Origin: a virus
Direction: 5' to 3' (one strand)
Virus record (IMG/VR): IMGVR_UViG_3300045988_051183
Length of the DNA: 45,953 nt
Positions 41,911 through 45,953 of the stretch are shown here, piece by piece. Position 1 is the first letter of the stretch, and every line of letters begins with the position of its first letter. Made by a program: the position numbers and the translations under genes. Below the pieces are notes generated by a model, which saw only the letters and a program-made list of their open reading frames with translations, was not told the DNA's origin and did no database searches.

Positions 41911-42275
41911 AGATAATTCAAGCAGCAGATTTGAACCACTACGGCAATGACCAGATGAACCGTATCTATTCGCCAGAAGGTCTTGCCCCTACACTGAAAA
42001 CGGTTAGTGGGGGGGGACGTGAGGTGAAAGTACTGACAAACGGTAAATACCGCAAACTGACTCCGAAAGAATATTTTCGGTTAATGGGTTTTTCAGACTC
42101 AGACTATGAACTGCTTGCAATGAATGGTATCTCCAAAACACAGATTTACAAGATGGCAGGAAACTCCATCGTGGTTACAGTTCTGGAACACCTGTTCAAG
42201 CAGATTTACACACCAGGTACTCAGAGCATTGATTCTCTCAAGAAGAAATCTCTGGATATATTAAACACCTTATAA
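41907..42275 (+). CDS. DNA (cytosine-5) methyltransferase, C-terminal polypeptide (TRD-like segment plus motifs IX-X)
   Basis: RIYSPEGLAPTLKTVSGGG, RKLTPKEYFRLMGF (IX), GNSIVV (X). ATG 41907 overlaps the upstream TGA (ATGA). Confidence 0.85.
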   Translation: MKIIQAADLNHYGNDQMNRIYSPEGLAPTLKTVSGGGREVKVLTNGKYRKLTPKEYFRLMGFSDSDYELLAMNGISKTQIYKMAGNSIVVTVLEHLFKQIYTPGTQSIDSLKKKSLDILNTL

Positions 42276-42289
42276 GGAGGATACTTAAA

Positions 42290-42787
42290 ATGGCAAAAAT
42301 TGGACTGAGTGAGGGTTTCACTCTTATTCCGAAGGGAACCCACGTTTTTAAGATTGTTGAGGTCAAGTACAAAGAGGACTTCGGCAAGATGGAGATTGTT
42401 ATGCAGCTTGCTTCGGGTCAGAAGCACACTGAACGCTTCTCTCTGCTGAATGCAGATGGTGAGCCAAACCAGGGCGGTCTGAACGCTTTCAGCTACTTCG
42501 CAAAGACTGCACTGAATGACTACACTCTGACGGAGATTGACCATGAGGAACTTGTTGGGCACTATATCCGCTGTGAGGTAGACCACGAAGAGGTTGAGTC
42601 TAACAAGACTCCGGGTAAAATGCTCAAATTCGTTCGTCTGGGCGATAAGGAGCCTGCGGACGGGTTTGACGAAGCAGAAGCCCCGGCACAGAAGAAGGAG
42701 AGCAAGCCTGCGGCTACTGCCCCGGCTACTACACCTGCTGAAAAGGCAAGCGGTAAGAAGTTCGACCTGGACAGCATTCTGGGTTAA
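42290..42787 (+). CDS. DUF669-like phage protein, possible ssDNA-binding role
   Basis: The N-terminal FTLIPKGTHVFKIVEVKYKE pattern, a Pro/Ala/Lys-rich linker and an acidic tail FDLDSILG. Confidence 0.4.
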   Translation: MAKIGLSEGFTLIPKGTHVFKIVEVKYKEDFGKMEIVMQLASGQKHTERFSLLNADGEPNQGGLNAFSYFAKTALNDYTLTEIDHEELVGHYIRCEVDHEEVESNKTPGKMLKFVRLGDKEPADGFDEAEAPAQKKESKPAATAPATTPAEKASGKKFDLDSILG

Positions 42788-42874
42788 TTAAATGACCTGC
42801 GGAGAGGGAGAAGTGTAGCTTTGAACTCTCCAATGGTCTATATTCTATAAAGTTGAATGAAAGGTTTGAAGATT

Positions 42875-43414
42875 ATGAGCGAACGAGATAAGCGTGTCAA
42901 GGCGTTTGAGAAGCTGATGAGGGGCGGGCTGTCCAGTACGGATGTGTTCTGTCTGAAAACTCAGTTGATGGCAATGGGATTCTTTACGGCTCCTGCTTCT
43001 ACGAAGTACCACGGGAACTATGAGGGCGGTCTGTTTGACCATAGCTTTACAGTAACCTCTTCTCTGCTTTCTCTGACAAAGAGGATGGGTCTGAACTGGA
43101 AGCGCAAGGCAAGCCCCTACATTGTGGGTATGCTCCATGACCTCTGCAAGTGTGATTCGTACATTCACAACCCAGATGGCACATACAGCTACAACCCGAA
43201 CATTCTTCTGCCGGGACACGGTGACAAGTCCGTGATTCTGGCACAGAAGATTGTTGACCTCACAGATGAGGAAATGGCTTGTATTCGTTGGCACATGGGA
43301 GCCTTTGATGACAAAGAAAACTGGGACAAGTACGGAAAGTCCATTGAGAAGTACCCGAACGTCCTGTGGACTCATACCGCTGACATGATGGCGGCACGAA
43401 TTTTCAAAATTTAA
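42875..43414 (+). CDS. HD-domain phosphohydrolase
   Basis: KYHGNYEGGLFDHS, GMLHDLCK, GHGDKS, IRWHMG. The alternative start is ATG 42857. Confidence 0.8.
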   Translation: MSERDKRVKAFEKLMRGGLSSTDVFCLKTQLMAMGFFTAPASTKYHGNYEGGLFDHSFTVTSSLLSLTKRMGLNWKRKASPYIVGMLHDLCKCDSYIHNPDGTYSYNPNILLPGHGDKSVILAQKIVDLTDEEMACIRWHMGAFDDKENWDKYGKSIEKYPNVLWTHTADMMAARIFKI

Positions 43415-43424
43415 GGAGGACAAC

Positions 43425-43811
43425 ATGAAGAAATTCATTGCAGTAATTTTAGCCCTGGTTATGGGAGCCTGCCTGCTGGCAGGCTGTAGTAGGGAGTCAG
43501 ATATGGTTTCCTACAATATCGGTAAAGAAGCTGACAACTTCAATGTAACCCGTAGACTGACGGTTATCAATGCCAGAACCGATACCATCCTGTTACAGCT
43601 TGAAGGTACGTTTTCTCTGAGCAATAACAGCACAAATGAACTGGAAATTATTTGTGAAGTTGGTGACGGTGTTTATCAGAAGCATTTTGTATATCTGAAT
43701 GACTATACCCTTTATGTGGTTGAAGATATTTCGGGTTCTGGCGTAGATAAATACCATTATGAAATCAACTTCCTGCCGCAGTACGGGTTCAAGGTCACTC
43801 ACAGTGACTAA
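43425..43811 (+). CDS. Lipoprotein
   Basis: Signal peptide MKKFIAVILALVMGACLLAGC with an LAGC lipobox. Confidence 0.75.
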   Translation: MKKFIAVILALVMGACLLAGCSRESDMVSYNIGKEADNFNVTRRLTVINARTDTILLQLEGTFSLSNNSTNELEIICEVGDGVYQKHFVYLNDYTLYVVEDISGSGVDKYHYEINFLPQYGFKVTHSD

Positions 43812-43822
43812 GGAGGTAGCCT

Positions 43823-43972
43823 ATGCTGACAGTAGTACTTATCATCCTGGCTTTTATTCTGGGCGGTATCTGCGGAATGATTCTTCTTGCAGTAATTGCC
43901 ATTGCAGCAGCGCACGGATGTATGAATGATGAATCTCCGAAGTCAAAGGAAGAATGGAAAGAGGTAGATTGA
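43823..43972 (+). CDS. Small single-pass membrane protein (49 aa)
   Basis: AGGAGG SD. Hand translation gives MLTVVLIILAFILGGICGMILLAVIAIAAAHGCMNDESPKSKEEWKEVD. Confidence 0.55.
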   Translation: MLTVVLIILAFILGGICGMILLAVIAIAAAHGCMNDESPKSKEEWKEVD

Positions 43973-43973
43973 T

Positions 43974-44309
43974 ATGACAGGTAAGGAATACCAGGCATTA
44001 GCCATTAGAACTTGCAGCATTCCCTACGATTGCAAAGCTGACCGTCTGTATCATGCAGTTTTCGGTCTGAACAGCGAAGCGGGAGAGGTTGCAGGTATCT
44101 TACAGAAGAAGTACCAGGGACATGAAGTGAACCTTGAACATATGGAAAAGGAACTGGGAGATTGTCTCTGGATGATTGCGGAAGCGTGTGACGCACTGGG
44201 TACGGACATTGATACGGTCATGCAGATGAACATTGACAAGCTGAAAGCCCGTTACCCGGAGGGCTTTACGGTGGAGAACTCCCTTCATCGTAAGGTAGGC
44301 GATATTTAA
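43974..44309 (+). CDS. mazG: MazG-like nucleotide pyrophosphohydrolase
   Basis: GLNSEAGEVAGILQKK..ELGDCLWMIAEACDALGTDIDTVMQMNIDKLKARY is the typical EExxE/D MazG helix pattern. Confidence 0.8.
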   Translation: MTGKEYQALAIRTCSIPYDCKADRLYHAVFGLNSEAGEVAGILQKKYQGHEVNLEHMEKELGDCLWMIAEACDALGTDIDTVMQMNIDKLKARYPEGFTVENSLHRKVGDI

Positions 44310-44818
44310 TGAACTTCCACAATATCACGCATGATGATATGAACAACGGTGATGGGCTGAGAGTGGTTCTCTGGGTTGCAGGGTGCGAACACCACTGCAA
44401 GAACTGCCAGAACCCTATCACCTGGGATTTCACAGACGGGGTTGAGTTTGACAAAGCAGCTTTCCATGAAATCTGCACGGAGTTGAGCAAGCCTTATATC
44501 AGCGGTCTTACCCTCTCTGGGGGTGACCCGCTGCACCCCGTCAATCGTTATCAGATTCTCTGGCTTGTGAAGAAGGTCAAGCATTTCTTCCCGCACAAAA
44601 CTATCTGGCTCTATACCGGGTATACCTGGGAAGAGGTAACGGCTGAGAACTTCTACGGCAAAGAGATTCTGGACTACATTGACGTTCTGGTGGATGGACG
44701 TTTTGAAGAAGCATTGAAGGATGTGGGCTATCACTGGGCAGGTTCCACCAATCAGAGAGTTATCAATGTCCCGCAGTCCTTGAAGGAAGGGAGGGTTATA
44801 CTCCATGAAAGTAATTAA
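44309..44818 (+). CDS. nrdG: Anaerobic ribonucleotide reductase activating protein (radical SAM)
   Basis: DGLRVVLWVAGCEHHCKNCQNP cluster motif and SGLTLSGGDPL. It overlaps the nrdD start. Confidence 0.9.
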   Translation: MNFHNITHDDMNNGDGLRVVLWVAGCEHHCKNCQNPITWDFTDGVEFDKAAFHEICTELSKPYISGLTLSGGDPLHPVNRYQILWLVKKVKHFFPHKTIWLYTGYTWEEVTAENFYGKEILDYIDVLVDGRFEEALKDVGYHWAGSTNQRVINVPQSLKEGRVILHESN

Positions 44819-45953
44819 GAAGGACGGCACGATTGAGCAGTTTGACGGTCAGAAGATTGTCAACGCAGTCAGTAAGTCTGCCGCCCGTGCAATGATTGAA
44901 TTGGACGATACCCAGTACCATGAGATTGTATCTAAGGTCATGGCTATTGTCACTGAGCGTTTCCCGGAACAGGTTCACGTTGCGGATATGCACAACATTG
45001 TGGAGCAGGTTCTTGATGAGGTCAACCCGAAGATTGCAAAGTCTTACCGGGATTACCGAAACTTCAAGAAGGATTTCGTTCACATTATGGATGAGGTCTA
45101 TCAGAAATCTCAGTCCATTCGTTTTCTGGGCGATAAGGAGAACGCAAACACAGACTCCACCCTGGTTGCCACGAAGCGTTGTCTGATTTTCAACGAACTG
45201 AACAAGCGGCTGTACCGCAAGTTCTTTATGACCAATGATGAGTTGCAGGCTTGTAAGGACGGATTCATTTATATCCATGACCAGTCAGCCCGCCTTGATA
45301 CTATGAACTGCTGTCTGTGTGACATTTCCTCTATTATGAGCGGCGGCTTTGAGATGGGCAACGTCTGGTACAATGAGCCGAAAACTCTTGATACCGCCTT
45401 TGATGTTCTGGGAGATATTATCCTGGCTACAGCGTCACAGCAGTACGGCGGCTTCACTGTCCCGGAGGTAGACAAGATTCTGGCTCCGTATGCAGAGAAG
45501 TCCTACAAGAAGTACTGCGCTGAGTACATGGAAATCCGCAATCAGCAGACCTTCACCCAGGACGCAAAGGACTGGGCTATGAGTAAAGTGCAGCGTGATT
45601 TTGAGCAGGGCTTCCAGGGTATTGAGATGAAGCTGAACACTGTGGGTTCTTCCCGTGGTGACTATCCGTTCATCACTATGACCTTCGGTCTGGCTATTGA
45701 CGTGTTCGGCAAGATGGCAAGCAAGACCTTCCTCAAGGTTCACATGGAGGGCGAAGGTAAGCCGGGATTCAAAAAGCCCGTGCTGTTCCCGAAACTGGTT
45801 TTCCTCTACGATGAGAGCATTCACGGTGAGGGCGGCTTCAACGAAGATGTGTTTGAAGCAGGCATTGATTGCAGCAGCAAGACCATGTATCCCGACTGGC
45901 TGTCCCTTACGGGTGACGGCTATGTGGCTGAGATGTACAAGAAGTATGGCAGA
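44805..45953 (+). CDS. nrdD: Anaerobic ribonucleoside-triphosphate reductase, N-terminal part (runs off the window end; continues at 120..1097)
   Basis: Hand translation gives an ATP-cone N-terminus MKVIKKDGTIEQFDGQKIVNAVSKSAARA. There is no stop before 45953. It is absent from the ORF track because it is open-ended. Confidence 0.9.
   Translation, partial: MKVIKKDGTIEQFDGQKIVNAVSKSAARAMIELDDTQYHEIVSKVMAIVTERFPEQVHVADMHNIVEQVLDEVNPKIAKSYRDYRNFKKDFVHIMDEVYQKSQSIRFLGDKENANTDSTLVATKRCLIFNELNKRLYRKFFMTNDELQACKDGFIYIHDQSARLDTMNCCLCDISSIMSGGFEMGNVWYNEPKTLDTAFDVLGDIILATASQQYGGFTVPEVDKILAPYAEKSYKKYCAEYMEIRNQQTFTQDAKDWAMSKVQRDFEQGFQGIEMKLNTVGSSRGDYPFITMTFGLAIDVFGKMASKTFLKVHMEGEGKPGFKKPVLFPKLVFLYDESIHGEGGFNEDVFEAGIDCSSKTMYPDWLSLTGDGYVAEMYKKYGR
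45835..45953. repeat. Terminal direct repeat, right copy
   Basis: Exact 119-nt identity with 1-119. Confidence 0.95.

Larger units (their letters stand above)
1..45953. mobile_element. Complete circular temperate siphovirus-like phage genome (about 45.8 kb unique)
   Basis: Bases 1-119 are identical to 45835-45953. Packaging, head, tail, lysis, lysogeny and replication modules are all present. Confidence 0.85.

Noticed and set aside
45835-45953. Terminal repeat as a genuine packaged direct terminal repeat or cos-type end
   Set aside because: The repeat lies in phase inside the nrdD ORF and the packaging genes are of the pac/headful type. An assembler overlap of a circular or permuted genome is the simpler explanation.
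1-45953. tRNA, tmRNA or rRNA genes
   Set aside because: No cloverleaf-compatible sequence was seen in the intergenic regions inspected by eye (no GTTCRANYC-type T-arm with a matching acceptor stem). A tRNAscan-SE or ARAGORN run would be needed to exclude them formally.

Overview
This window is a complete, circularly closed phage genome of about 45,834 unique bp. Bases 1-119 are repeated exactly at 45835-45953, and the junction falls inside nrdD. The phage looks like a temperate, probably headful (pac) packaging siphovirus of an anaerobic Gram-positive (Firmicutes-like) host. Most genes are on the + strand. In order they are: a nucleotide and replication block (NrdD, possible ThyX-like protein, primase-polymerase, radical SAM protein, D5-type helicase); terS; a visibly GC-rich minus-strand accessory island with a stand-alone FtsK-like ATPase; terL, portal, MuF-like protein, scaffold and capsid; connectors, major tail protein, a frameshifted chaperone, tape measure and tail tip proteins; a diversity-generating retroelement (DGR); XkdX, holin and endolysin; a minus-strand serine integrase and cI-like repressor; then an early operon (Hjc-like nuclease, SF2 helicase, family B polymerase, DUF2829, ERF, YqaJ-type exonuclease, a C5 methyltransferase split into two ORFs, HD hydrolase, MazG, NrdG). 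The most notable content is the DGR. One 86-nt template repeat matches two variable repeats with almost purely adenine-specific differences. One variable repeat is in the tail-fibre tip protein. The other is 6.7 kb away in a small early-operon protein. Each variable repeat is followed by a covarying hairpin. Other points worth a second look: two inverted 87-bp imperfect palindromes bracketing terS plus the island; a TCAAG-N6-CTTGA operator family; two Cys-rich miniproteins coupled to a compact radical SAM enzyme; and three G8-ACG tracts. No tRNA, rRNA or CRISPR array was recognised. All family assignments come from motif recognition by eye; no searches were run.
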